A stretch of DNA of 64,000 bases from Patescibacteria group bacterium (lineage in GTDB: Bacteria > Patescibacteriota > Minisyncoccia > UBA6257 > JAAZHW01), in contig JAOAGL010000001.1 in the NCBI GenBank assembly GCA_026415775.1, positions 414,831 through 478,830 on the forward strand. Direction: 5' to 3'. Shown here piece by piece: positions 19,945 to 28,755 of this stretch. The position numbers and the translations under genes are program-made. The stretch's first letter is position 1. Every line of letters starts with the position of its first letter. A model generated the notes under the pieces. That model made no database searches, was not told where the DNA came from, and saw nothing but the letters and a program-made list of their open reading frames with translations.

Positions 19945-20493
19945 TTACTGTCTTCTATACAGACCAACTAAATAACTTTCAGCTAAAATATGATTTCTTA
20001 TTGCTGCCAAAACCTCTTCGCGCGACACGCCTTCTGGTAAATCTAAAGTTGTATCAAGCGCAAAAAGTCTAAAATAATAACGGTGAATACCATAAGGTGG
20101 ACATGGACCACCATAACTTAATTTTCCAAAATCATTTTTGCCTAATTTTGCGTCAACAGGCACTGAATTTTCCTCAATTAATTTTGTTTCAGCAGGAATA
20201 TTAAAAACCAACCAATGAAGAAAATTTCCCATTGGCGCATCTGGATCATCAACAATTAAAACCAAACTTTTTGTCTCTGGAGGAATTTCTTCAAAATAAA
20301 GCGGTGGATTAATATTTTCTCCATCACAAGTGTATCGCGATGGTATCGTTTCATTATTTTGAAAAGCTGGACTAAAAATTTTCATATTGGTTTGATTAAC
20401 AACTTTTTGATTATTATTTTTGAAATTATAAAAAATTATCAAAATAATTCCCACCAATAAAATAATTGGCACTACAAACCAAATTTTTTTCAT
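19945..20493 (-). CDS. YbhB/YbcL (PEBP) family protein
   Basis: YTCDGENINPPL, IVDDPDAP, HWLVFNIP, YGGPCPP..HRYYF. Confidence 0.95.
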   Translation of the reverse strand: MKKIWFVVPIILLVGIILIIFYNFKNNNQKVVNQTNMKIFSPAFQNNETIPSRYTCDGENINPPLYFEEIPPETKSLVLIVDDPDAPMGNFLHWLVFNIPAETKLIEENSVPVDAKLGKNDFGKLSYGGPCPPYGIHRYYFRLFALDTTLDLPEGVSREEVLAAIRNHILAESYLVGLYRRQ

Positions 20494-20510
20494 ATTTATT
20501 TAAAAATTTT

Positions 20511-20798
20511 TTATCCTTTCTGATTTTCCTTTGCTTCATCAAATTTTCGCCAAGCTTCAGCTACCGCTGGTTCAACTACATCTAACTCTGCCAAAATTCT
20601 TTCTTTAATTTCAAAACTATTAACTTCATTTCTATCTACAACCGAATCAATAACAATTTTTGCTACCCTACCCACAATTTCATCAATTCTTTCTGGCGTT
20701 AAACCCGCATCAATAGCAGCTGCTCGAATAGAATTTTCAATTTTCATCGGATCAAACGGCTCTCTCTCACCTGATTTTTTAATAACAAAATTGGTCAT
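20511..20798 (-). CDS. Stand-alone ATP-cone domain protein
   Basis: VIKKSGEREPFDPMKIENSI ATP-cone signature, 95 aa. Confidence 0.85.
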   Translation of the reverse strand: MTNFVIKKSGEREPFDPMKIENSIRAAAIDAGLTPERIDEIVGRVAKIVIDSVVDRNEVNSFEIKERILAELDVVEPAVAEAWRKFDEAKENQKG

Positions 20799-20959
20799 AT
20801 TTCCTTATATAAATCGACCTTTATTTTTATTATAAATCTAATAAATTGAAAATTAAAATAACATGGTTTAACGTTTTTAAACTCAAAAAATAAGCCCTCT
20901 GCGATTTTTGATTGGGGCTTTTAAATATTTTTCTTCGCCACATTCACCATCAAAAAATT

Positions 20960-21406
20960 TTATTTTTCAAGTCTTTTTCTTAATTGATTTATAACGGCTT
21001 TCTCCCAATATTTAAACAAAAATCTTCCAATTAATGGTTTTGCAATAATCCGAAGCCAAAATTTATGAATAAAAATTTGGTAATTATAATTAATCAAAGT
21101 TCCTTCTGGATGTTCAGAAAGCAAAAACTCTTCATGACCAGAAGTTCCAAATTTAAAACTTTCATTATCTGAAATAAATCCTCTTCCTGGCAAAATTTGA
21201 ATTTTCATTTTTATTGGAAATTCTCGGCCGAGGGATTTAACTATTGCGTTAATCTCCAAATTATTTCCTTCTCGTTTTATAATTCTTACAGACGCTGCTA
21301 CTTTCGGAAAATACTCTGGCCATTTTTCAAAATCGGTTATTAAATTAAAAACTTCTTCTATTGGAGCTTTAATCAGCCAGGCGGAGTGAAGGGTGAGGGT
21401 TTTCAT
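20960..21406 (-). CDS. SRPBCC family protein
   Basis: IKAPIEEVFNLITDFEKWPEYFP motif. Confidence 0.8.
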   Translation of the reverse strand: MKTLTLHSAWLIKAPIEEVFNLITDFEKWPEYFPKVAASVRIIKREGNNLEINAIVKSLGREFPIKMKIQILPGRGFISDNESFKFGTSGHEEFLLSEHPEGTLINYNYQIFIHKFWLRIIAKPLIGRFLFKYWEKAVINQLRKRLEK

Positions 21407-21592
21407 ATATGAAAATTATAATAAAAAAGTTAAACATTCACAATTTAAATTAAGATAATTCGATTTATTAACCTATTTTATTATTAGCTTAAGATCTATA
21501 AACATAATATTACATCAATAAGTGAACCCTTAAAATTAGTTGATTAAATAAACAAAAATTTTTATGAGTTTTCATTTAAGCAAATGGAATAC

Positions 21593-21618
21593 AAAAAACG
21601 GCCATAGGGGCCGTTTTT
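21593..21618 (-). terminator. Intrinsic terminator, probably the displaced tRNA-Asn terminator
   Basis: AAAAAACGGCC-ATAGG-GGCCGTTTTT immediately outside the duplicated tRNA 3' core. Confidence 0.7.
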
Positions 21619-21725
21619 GATTGATGCTCCGTATATTGAACGAAATCCGAACTTATTTTAAAGAAAATCCCGACGTCGAATTCTGAATGCCAGTCCGCCG
21701 AGGGCGGGCTGGCGAACCAAATCCG

Positions 21726-21806
21726 TCGGCTCGCGGGCAAAAAATTTCCTTCCCTAAAATCCCTCCATTTTTGCTCACTCGCCGGAAGAAAAGAAATTTA
21801 GTTATA
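21726..21806 (+). repeat. Left copy of 81-bp inverted repeat
   Basis: 79/81 identical to the reverse complement of 24487-24567. Confidence 0.95.
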
Positions 21807-21808
21807 TA

Positions 21809-24166
21809 TTAATCAAGCTCTAAATCTCCTAAAGAAGCGATCATTGGGAGCAAAATCGGCGAAATTGCTCTGCTGACAGAAAATATCTCGTCATAAACTG
21901 ATAATCCATTTTTTTGTATTTCAGTCTCATTCTCTGTCTTTTTTTCGAAATGTTCGAGCAACGATATTCCTAATAATACCATCCCATATTTGAATCTTGC
22001 TTCTAATAATCGTGGGTTAATTTTAGTATTTCCTTTTATTTCTGTTCGTAAAAATACATTATCCATATTTATATAAAAATCATAACTTTTCTCCCCCGTG
22101 TCTTTAACTGCCAAAGCGTCTTCATCTTCTTTAAAGTGTCTTGACCAGTTTTCATCTTTTTTTGTTAATTCAATTATATTAGGTAAGGATAACCCAGAAG
22201 GTAGTTTTCTTGTTTCTTCCGCCTCTTCTTCTCCAGGGGGTAATCTTCTTTTCCCCTGTCCTCCGGCAGAAGGTTTTTCGGGCCCAGCTACTTTTACATA
22301 AAATTCGTTATAAAAAGGTTCAACTCTTGAATTATCTGTTGTCTCTGTTTTGAAATGCAAAATATTACCGATTTCAACATTTTCTGGAAGCGCAACTGTT
22401 AAAGTTGCTAATCCATTCCACAAATTTAAAGAAAAATCTCTTATTGTATGGTGATTAAATGAGATTGAAAATTGTCCTGGTTCTCTGTCTCGGTTAAAAT
22501 ATTCATTTTCTGCATCGGTTTCAAATTGAACTCTAAATCGCCTATTTATAGGAGCATTTTTTGGTTTATCCTCGGAATATTCCTTAGAAAGCTTAAAATA
22601 AGTTGGAAATCTTTTTCCCTTGAATTCTTTTTTGATTTTAGCATCTGTTAAATTAAAAGGATTACGAATCCTTACGCCTTCTAGGAACAACTTAGAAAGG
22701 GAGGGAGATTTTTTTATAATATCTTCCAGAATTTCGGCTAATGGTTTTGAATCTTTTAATTTATCCTCTATTTCTTCTCTTCTTCTTTGCTCCCTCAATG
22801 CTCTTAGACCATCATGATTTCTTATTAAATCTTCTAATTGGTTTTCTATTTCATATCTAATTGGTGTATCCCGTAACCTATCCCTGCTATTCATAAAAAG
22901 ATCTTCTTGTATTCTTCTTTCAAATTTAGAGCAATCAACAATTACTAAAATACTATCAGCGAGATAGGACATACCCACAGATTTCCTATCAAAAAATGTT
23001 TGAGACAAAAAAGCATGAGCTTGACCATTTACTATAAAAACAACGCCTTCATTTCTTGTGTATTTTTCTCTTTTATCTTTTTTAAAAGCATAAACAAGTA
23101 CTTTCATTTCCTGACCCTTTATTTTCATTTCGCTAGAACTAGGGAAATTCGGTTCTAGATTCTCACTTTTATCTTCATCAAGCCTCACGCCTAAACCGGA
23201 CATAACAATATGGTATGAATCTGCCCGATAACCTTTTCTCCTTTCGTACATTATTATCGGTAAAGCTATATTAGGCAGCAATAAAGAGAGTCTGTAATAT
23301 AAATCAAATTTAACTATAGTTTTCAATCCACCATGAAGTTGATATTCGTACAATTTAATAAAAGTGCCGTAATCAAATCTCTCGGCGTATGGTTCAGGAT
23401 ATTCTCCGGGTAAAAGTGGTAAATATTCGCTATCAAACATAAGAATTTCTCCATTAGGTGCTAAATATCTAAAACTCGAGCTTCTCATACCTTCTCTTGG
23501 GTCTTCTCTCCTAACAATCGTAAATCCCCATTTATTTTTTGTTTCGTCATTTTCATTTTTGGCTATTTCTGGGTCTCGTTTTGAAATGATTAATTGTAAA
23601 TTATATTTTCGACTGCAAAACTGAAGCGCACCTGTCCCGCCCATATTAAATTTTCCTTGGACGAATGGTACATTGAGTTTATTCTTTTTATTCAAAGATA
23701 AAAATGTATCCGGCATTCGTTTAGGAGTTTGACCTTCTCCAAAGTCAATAATTGAATAACAGGGATTTGATTTTTCTCCCGTAGCAACCAATAGTATATT
23801 CTTTGCGAGTTCAGCTCTTTGACTTGCATCAATATTAGATAACTTTCCATCATAGATACCAAAATATTCTTTTAATGCTTCTTGAATACTTTTAGGCGCT
23901 TCAGAGCTATCCGGCTTAATACCTCGCCGTTGACACTCTCTCATTAAGACTGCGTCTACTGAATTGATTATTTTCTCTACTAATGCGGCGTCTGGACTAC
24001 TTTGTTGATTTCCTATTGTAGAAAAATTATTAGGGTTTCGGTCATAATCTACCCATACATTTGGATCATTCCAAAAACCAGCTTTTTTCAGAATATTAAC
24101 AACGGCTTCCTCACTTTCGGCCATTGCAAGATCAATACAAAGTTCCTTTATTTTTTGATTGGTCAT
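21809..24166 (-). CDS. Uncharacterised GHKL (HATPase_c/MORC-like) ATPase
   Basis: N box EKIINSVDA, G1 box IIDFGEG, G2 box QGKFNMGGTG. Confidence 0.75.
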   Translation of the reverse strand: MTNQKIKELCIDLAMAESEEAVVNILKKAGFWNDPNVWVDYDRNPNNFSTIGNQQSSPDAALVEKIINSVDAVLMRECQRRGIKPDSSEAPKSIQEALKEYFGIYDGKLSNIDASQRAELAKNILLVATGEKSNPCYSIIDFGEGQTPKRMPDTFLSLNKKNKLNVPFVQGKFNMGGTGALQFCSRKYNLQLIISKRDPEIAKNENDETKNKWGFTIVRREDPREGMRSSSFRYLAPNGEILMFDSEYLPLLPGEYPEPYAERFDYGTFIKLYEYQLHGGLKTIVKFDLYYRLSLLLPNIALPIIMYERRKGYRADSYHIVMSGLGVRLDEDKSENLEPNFPSSSEMKIKGQEMKVLVYAFKKDKREKYTRNEGVVFIVNGQAHAFLSQTFFDRKSVGMSYLADSILVIVDCSKFERRIQEDLFMNSRDRLRDTPIRYEIENQLEDLIRNHDGLRALREQRRREEIEDKLKDSKPLAEILEDIIKKSPSLSKLFLEGVRIRNPFNLTDAKIKKEFKGKRFPTYFKLSKEYSEDKPKNAPINRRFRVQFETDAENEYFNRDREPGQFSISFNHHTIRDFSLNLWNGLATLTVALPENVEIGNILHFKTETTDNSRVEPFYNEFYVKVAGPEKPSAGGQGKRRLPPGEEEAEETRKLPSGLSLPNIIELTKKDENWSRHFKEDEDALAVKDTGEKSYDFYINMDNVFLRTEIKGNTKINPRLLEARFKYGMVLLGISLLEHFEKKTENETEIQKNGLSVYDEIFSVSRAISPILLPMIASLGDLELD

Positions 24167-24169
24167 ATT

Positions 24170-24394
24170 TTATAATTTAAATTCCTTATTTTTGTTAGGA
24201 AAATGGAATTTAGCTTTTATTTCTCGTACTTTTCTCTCAATCTCTAAAAAAATTTTATTAACTTCTTCTTCCGTATAATCATAAGCACTACGATTAGCAC
24301 AATTACCTAATATTTTAAGCCGTTTCAAAACCTCATTTGTTCTATAAACAGCTAATTTTTTAAATCGCTCTCTTTTTTCGGTTGGTGATGCCAT
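24170..24394 (-). CDS. Small helical protein (74 aa), possible regulator
   Basis: KRERFKKLA..RTN..L..LGNCAN...YDYTEEEV.KIF; 3-nt gap to the ATPase start. Confidence 0.75.
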   Translation of the reverse strand: MASPTEKRERFKKLAVYRTNEVLKRLKILGNCANRSAYDYTEEEVNKIFLEIERKVREIKAKFHFPNKNKEFKL

Positions 24395-24440
24395 ATTTTT
24401 CCTAATATTTTTTACTATTATTTAATTTATTATTTCTATA

Positions 24441-24472
24441 ATAAGGATAGCAAATCCTTATCTTATTGTCAA
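24441..24472 (-). promoter_or_regulatory. Cassette promoter overlapped by a palindromic operator
   Basis: TTGACA(24472-24467)-17 nt-TATCCT(24449-24444) with extended TG; palindrome ATAAGGAT-N5-ATCCTTAT at 24441-24461. Confidence 0.6.
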
Positions 24473-24486
24473 TACCCTTATCTGTG

Positions 24487-24567
24487 TATAACTAAATTTC
24501 TTTTCTTCCGGCGAGTGAGCAAAAATGGAGGGATTTTAGGGAAGGAATTTTTTTGCTCGCGAGCCGA
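24487..24567 (-). repeat. Right copy of 81-bp inverted repeat
   Basis: Reverse complement of 21726-21806 with 2 mismatches. Confidence 0.95.
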
Positions 24568-24688
24568 ACGGGTTTTCCTGCCCGCCGCCTGTGGCGGCGG
24601 GCAAATTATCGGCTCAGACTTCGTTTCTTAGATTTGTGGATTAAATTTGGTAAATAATATAAAAAATTTAAGCAGGTGTTAATTAGTG

Positions 24689-24760
24689 CTCCGGTGGTAG
24701 GATTCGAACCTACAACCGTCTCCTTAACAGGGAGCCGCTCTACCGTTGAGCTACACCGGA
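24689..24760 (-). tRNA. tRNA-Asn (anticodon GTT)
   Basis: Minus strand TCCGGTGTAGCTCAACGGTAGAGCGGCTCCCTGTTAAGGAGACGGTTGTAGGTTCGAATCCTACCACCGGAG. Confidence 0.95.
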
Positions 24761-24850
24761 ATGCTAATTTATTTTAAAAAATAAAAACTAAAAAATCAAG
24801 AATGCGCTGACTTTCTTTTTTTGTTAAAAAGGTTTATAATGGAATTTAAT

Positions 24851-26401
24851 ATGTTCCGCTCATTATTGCAAAAAATCAAAAAACCAAAAATTTTTATTCC
24901 CCTAATCATTATCTTGATTTTTCTTGCGCTAATCGTCTATCAAATAGCGATTTCTAAAAATAAAAACAATTTTCAATTTGCCTCAGTTGAAAAAGGAAGT
25001 CTTAAAGAAATTGTTAGCACCACTGGTCGCGTGGTTTCTTCACAAAACGTTGATTTGTCATTTAAAAAATCTGGGCGAGTTGTTTATTTGAATGCGGATG
25101 TTGGAAAAAAAGTAAAAGCCTACTCCACTCTGGCCAAAATTGATTGTGCTGATTTAGAGCAAAATCTCAGGAATGCTGAAATACTTTTAGCTACCGCCCA
25201 AAATAATTTAGAAAAATTAAAATCACAATATCAACAATTACTTCGTGAAGACGCTCTTAATAAAAGCTATGAGGATGCTTTGATTATTTTAGCCAGTTTT
25301 TATCAACAAGCGCCAACAATTTTAGAAAATATCCGCGCTATTTATTTTGAAAATGATTTATCAGACGGAAGCAAAAATAATATTACATATTACTCAGATT
25401 ATAATTCCAGTTTTATTTTAACGCCGGCAAAAGCTGAAACTCTTTATAATGAAATTAAAAATTTACTTACCCAAGCTATTGATAAATATCAAATCGCTCA
25501 ACGTGGCAGCGGTGAAGAACGCTTCAACGCTATTGAAATCGGCTATTCGCTTTTAGTTAAAATAGCTGATTTAATTAAAACCGGACGCGATCCTATTATT
25601 TATCTTAATAATTTTCTCATTCAGAATAATTTAACACATAACAAAACTTCAACAATTACCAATCATCTCCAACAACTCACTACTTATTCTCAAACCATTG
25701 ATTCTTATCTTCAAAATCTTTTAATTATTCGCAATCAAATCAACACCCAAAAAGATTTGCTTAATAATTATCCTTTTGATATCAAAAGCCAAGAATTAAC
25801 TGTTAAACAATATCAAAATAATTTAGAAGATGCCCGCAATAAAGTGGCGGATTGTTATTTAACTGCTCCGTTTGATGGTGTTATTACTAAATTTGATTTG
25901 CAAATTGGTCAAATGGTTACTGCCAATATTCCTGTTGCTTCTTTAATTGCTGATAATCAATACGAGATTGAAACGCTTATTTCTGAAATTGATATTGCTA
26001 AAATTAAAGTTGGGAATAAAGCCAAAATAACTCTTGATGCTTATGGTCCCAATAAAATTTTTGAAGCGCAAGTTATTCATCTTGACCCTGCAGCAACATT
26101 AGTAGAAGGCGTGCCGACTTACAAAGCAAAATTACAATTTATTAATGTAAACAATGATGAAATAAAAGCAGGCATGTCGGCTAATATTGATATTATTACC
26201 CAAGAAAAAGAAAATGTTTTAATGATTCCCCGAAGAGCGGTAATTAGTTCAAATGGCACAAAAATGGTTCGTGTTTGGTATAAAGATGCAAAAACCATTG
26301 AAGAAAGAAAAGTAGAAACGGGTATTACCGGTGAGAATGCGATGGTTGAAATTTTAAACGGCCTCAATGAAGGCGAAATGATTATTGTTTCTGGTAAATA
26401 A
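24851..26401 (+). CDS. Efflux periplasmic adaptor (MacA/HlyD-like)
   Basis: N-terminal TM, DLSFKKSGRV, LTAPFDGVIT, ISEIDIAKIKVG, VETGI..VEILNGLNEGE; ATG 24851 preferred. Confidence 0.85.
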   Translation: MFRSLLQKIKKPKIFIPLIIILIFLALIVYQIAISKNKNNFQFASVEKGSLKEIVSTTGRVVSSQNVDLSFKKSGRVVYLNADVGKKVKAYSTLAKIDCADLEQNLRNAEILLATAQNNLEKLKSQYQQLLREDALNKSYEDALIILASFYQQAPTILENIRAIYFENDLSDGSKNNITYYSDYNSSFILTPAKAETLYNEIKNLLTQAIDKYQIAQRGSGEERFNAIEIGYSLLVKIADLIKTGRDPIIYLNNFLIQNNLTHNKTSTITNHLQQLTTYSQTIDSYLQNLLIIRNQINTQKDLLNNYPFDIKSQELTVKQYQNNLEDARNKVADCYLTAPFDGVITKFDLQIGQMVTANIPVASLIADNQYEIETLISEIDIAKIKVGNKAKITLDAYGPNKIFEAQVIHLDPAATLVEGVPTYKAKLQFINVNNDEIKAGMSANIDIITQEKENVLMIPRRAVISSNGTKMVRVWYKDAKTIEERKVETGITGENAMVEILNGLNEGEMIIVSGK

Positions 26402-26404
26402 ATT

Positions 26405-27118
26405 ATGATTTTAATAAAAGTTAATAATTTAGAGAAAAAATACTGTGATGATGGCACGGAAACAATTGCTTTAAAAAACATTTCTTTGGAAATAAAAAAT
26501 GGTGAATTTGTCGCTATAACAGGTCCCTCTGGTTCGGGTAAATCTACCCTACTCCATATTTTAGGGTTTTTAGATAAGCCAACCGCTGGAGAATATTTGT
26601 TTGAGAATCGCTCCATTTATGATTATTCCGAAGAAGAAATGGCAAAAATTCGCAACAAAAAAATGGGGTTTGTTTTTCAGCAATTTAATCTTTTGGCTAA
26701 AACCAGCGTACTGGAAAATGTAAAATTACCTCTCGTTTACTCTGATATTCCTGAAAAAGAATGGAATAAATTGGCTTATGAGGCTTTGAGTAAGGTTGGA
26801 TTAACACATCGCATTAATCATTTACCAAATCAATTATCCGGCGGCGAACAGCAAAGAGTGGCTATTGCTCGCGCCTTGGTTACCAATCCATTAGTTATTT
26901 TCGCTGATGAACCAACAGGCAATTTAGATAGTAAAGCAGGTCAACAGATTATGGCTACACTTCAACAATTAAATAATGAAGGTCATACAATTATTTTAAT
27001 CACTCACGAAACCTATACCGCCAAATGCGCTGAACGAATTATTAAATTATTTGATGGAGAAATTCAATCAGACACAATTAATAACGAACGCTTTGACGCG
27101 CTTCAATTTATTAAATAA
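26405..27118 (+). CDS. ABC transporter ATP-binding protein (MacB/LolD-like)
   Basis: [33 protein letters not shown]. Confidence 0.95.
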   Translation: MILIKVNNLEKKYCDDGTETIALKNISLEIKNGEFVAITGPSGSGKSTLLHILGFLDKPTAGEYLFENRSIYDYSEEEMAKIRNKKMGFVFQQFNLLAKTSVLENVKLPLVYSDIPEKEWNKLAYEALSKVGLTHRINHLPNQLSGGEQQRVAIARALVTNPLVIFADEPTGNLDSKAGQQIMATLQQLNNEGHTIILITHETYTAKCAERIIKLFDGEIQSDTINNERFDALQFIK

Positions 27119-27123
27119 ACATT

Positions 27124-28362
27124 ATGAAATTAAAAACCCTTTCGAAAATTGCTCTTGGTGGATTAAAAACGAATCGTTCTCGTTCTCTTTTAACTATTTT
27201 AGGAATTGTTATTGGCATTACCGCCATTATGATGGTGATGTCTATTGGTCAAGGAGCGCAAAATTTAATTTTAGCTCAGATGCAGGGATTGGGTGCTAAA
27301 GTAATTGCTGTTTTGCCCGGCCGCCAACCAAAAGGCTTTATGGATATTCTTTCTATTTTTTCTGATTCATTGAAAATCAAAGATGTTGAAGCATTAAAAA
27401 ATAAGAACAATGTTCCTCATTTAAATCGCATTATGCCTATTGTTTTTGGTAATGAATTGGTTTCTTTTGGTAGTCAAACCTATCGCGCTACTATTTTGGG
27501 AGTTTCTGAATATTTTAATGAAATTTATAATATCACTCTTGAAAAAGGCGAACCATTCACCGAAGATGATGTTAAAGCTTATGCGAATGTAGCAGTTATT
27601 GGTCACAAAGTTAAAGAACAATTATTTGGCGAAGATGAAACAATTGGCCAGAAGATTAAAATTAAAAATCAAGTGTTTAAAGTAGTGGGAGTAATTGGAC
27701 AAAAAGGTCAGGGTACTTTCGTTAATTTTGATGATTTAATTATTATCCCCTACACCGCTGCTCAACAAAATCTTTTTGGAATTAAATATTACCATCGTAT
27801 TGCTATTGAAGTAGACAAAGAAGAAAACGTTGATATTACCGTTGAAGACATAAAACAAACATTGAGAGAATCACATAATATTCTTGATCCAGAGAAAGAT
27901 GATTTTTATATTCAAACCCAAAAAGAAGCCATCAAACAAACGCAAACAGTTACCAATACTTTAAAATACTTTCTAGCGGCAGTGGCAGCTATTTCTTTAA
28001 TTGTCGGCGGCGTTGGTATTATGAATATAATGCTCGTTTCGGTAACGGAAAGGACCAGAGAAATTGGATTAAGAAAAGCTCTGGGTGCCACACCAAAAGA
28101 AATTCTTCTTCAATTTTTATTGGAAGCAGTATTTTTAACAATGGCTGGCGGAATTATCGGGATTATTTTTGGCGCAGCCAATTCTTTAATTTCATCTATA
28201 GTTTTAAGTAAATTACTAGCAGTTAATTGGCAATTCACTTTTCCGATTGGCGCAATGTTTTTGGGATTAATCACTTCGGCTTTGATAGGTTTAATTTTTG
28301 GTTTATATCCAGCACGAAAAGCAGCTAAAAAATCTCCGATTGAGGCCCTGCGCTACGAATAA
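27124..28362 (+). CDS. ABC transporter permease (MacB/FtsX-like)
   Basis: RSLLTILGIVIGI, GGVGIMNIMLVSVTERTREIGLRKALGA, PIEALRYE. Confidence 0.95.
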   Translation: MKLKTLSKIALGGLKTNRSRSLLTILGIVIGITAIMMVMSIGQGAQNLILAQMQGLGAKVIAVLPGRQPKGFMDILSIFSDSLKIKDVEALKNKNNVPHLNRIMPIVFGNELVSFGSQTYRATILGVSEYFNEIYNITLEKGEPFTEDDVKAYANVAVIGHKVKEQLFGEDETIGQKIKIKNQVFKVVGVIGQKGQGTFVNFDDLIIIPYTAAQQNLFGIKYYHRIAIEVDKEENVDITVEDIKQTLRESHNILDPEKDDFYIQTQKEAIKQTQTVTNTLKYFLAAVAAISLIVGGVGIMNIMLVSVTERTREIGLRKALGATPKEILLQFLLEAVFLTMAGGIIGIIFGAANSLISSIVLSKLLAVNWQFTFPIGAMFLGLITSALIGLIFGLYPARKAAKKSPIEALRYE

Positions 28363-28445
28363 AAATTCTTGACAAAATTATTATAAAAATTAATCTCCAA
28401 TTTAGAGCCGTATGGCTTTAAAAATTTTTAATAAGGAGGTTTTTA

Positions 28446-28658
28446 ATGAAAAAAACGAGAAAAAAAAGAATTTATTTGGAGACGGAAATGAAATGCCCAA
28501 ATTGTTTAAATTTGTTACTGGAAATTGTTGATTTGCCCGTAGAAACCTGCAAAGAATCAGAAAATGACGAGCTGTTAATTGCAAAGAGAAGGGGTTATTA
28601 CTGCCCCGAATGCGGATCAAAATTTAGCAAAAGCCTATTCCCCGAAGACTCCCTTTAA
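28446..28658 (+). CDS. Small zinc-ribbon protein
   Basis: CPNC and CPECG pairs; AAGGAGG SD upstream; terminator downstream. Confidence 0.65.
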   Translation: MKKTRKKRIYLETEMKCPNCLNLLLEIVDLPVETCKESENDELLIAKRRGYYCPECGSKFSKSLFPEDSL

Positions 28659-28670
28659 GGGAGTCTTTTT
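28645..28670 (+). terminator. Intrinsic terminator
   Basis: AAGACTCCCTT-T-AAGGGAGTCTTTTT overlapping the stop codon. Confidence 0.75.
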
Positions 28671-28755
28671 ATTAAAAATTTTTAGAAAATTTTTCTTAAA
28701 AAAATTTTTCTTTCTAATTTTTTTGTGTTAAAATTGAATAAAGAAATTTTTTAGT

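Larger units (their letters stand above)
21625..24693. mobile_element. Integrase-less genomic island at tRNA-Asn 3' end
   Basis: Direct repeat TGCTCCG at 21625-21631 and 24687-24693 (tRNA 3' end); internal 81-bp inverted repeats around a two-gene cargo. Confidence 0.7.

Noticed and set aside
21410-21590. Possible pseudogene in the AT-rich gap left of the island
   Set aside because: No recognisable frame or motif could be supported
21809-24166. Second gyrB/parE, mutL or htpG
   Set aside because: Only generic GHKL boxes are shared; no TOPRIM, MutL or Hsp90 family signatures
21726-24567. Autonomous IS/transposon or integron cassette
   Set aside because: No transposase or integrase motifs in the cargo, no target duplication seen next to the IRs, and the ends do not fit the attC RYYYAAC/GTTRRRY pattern
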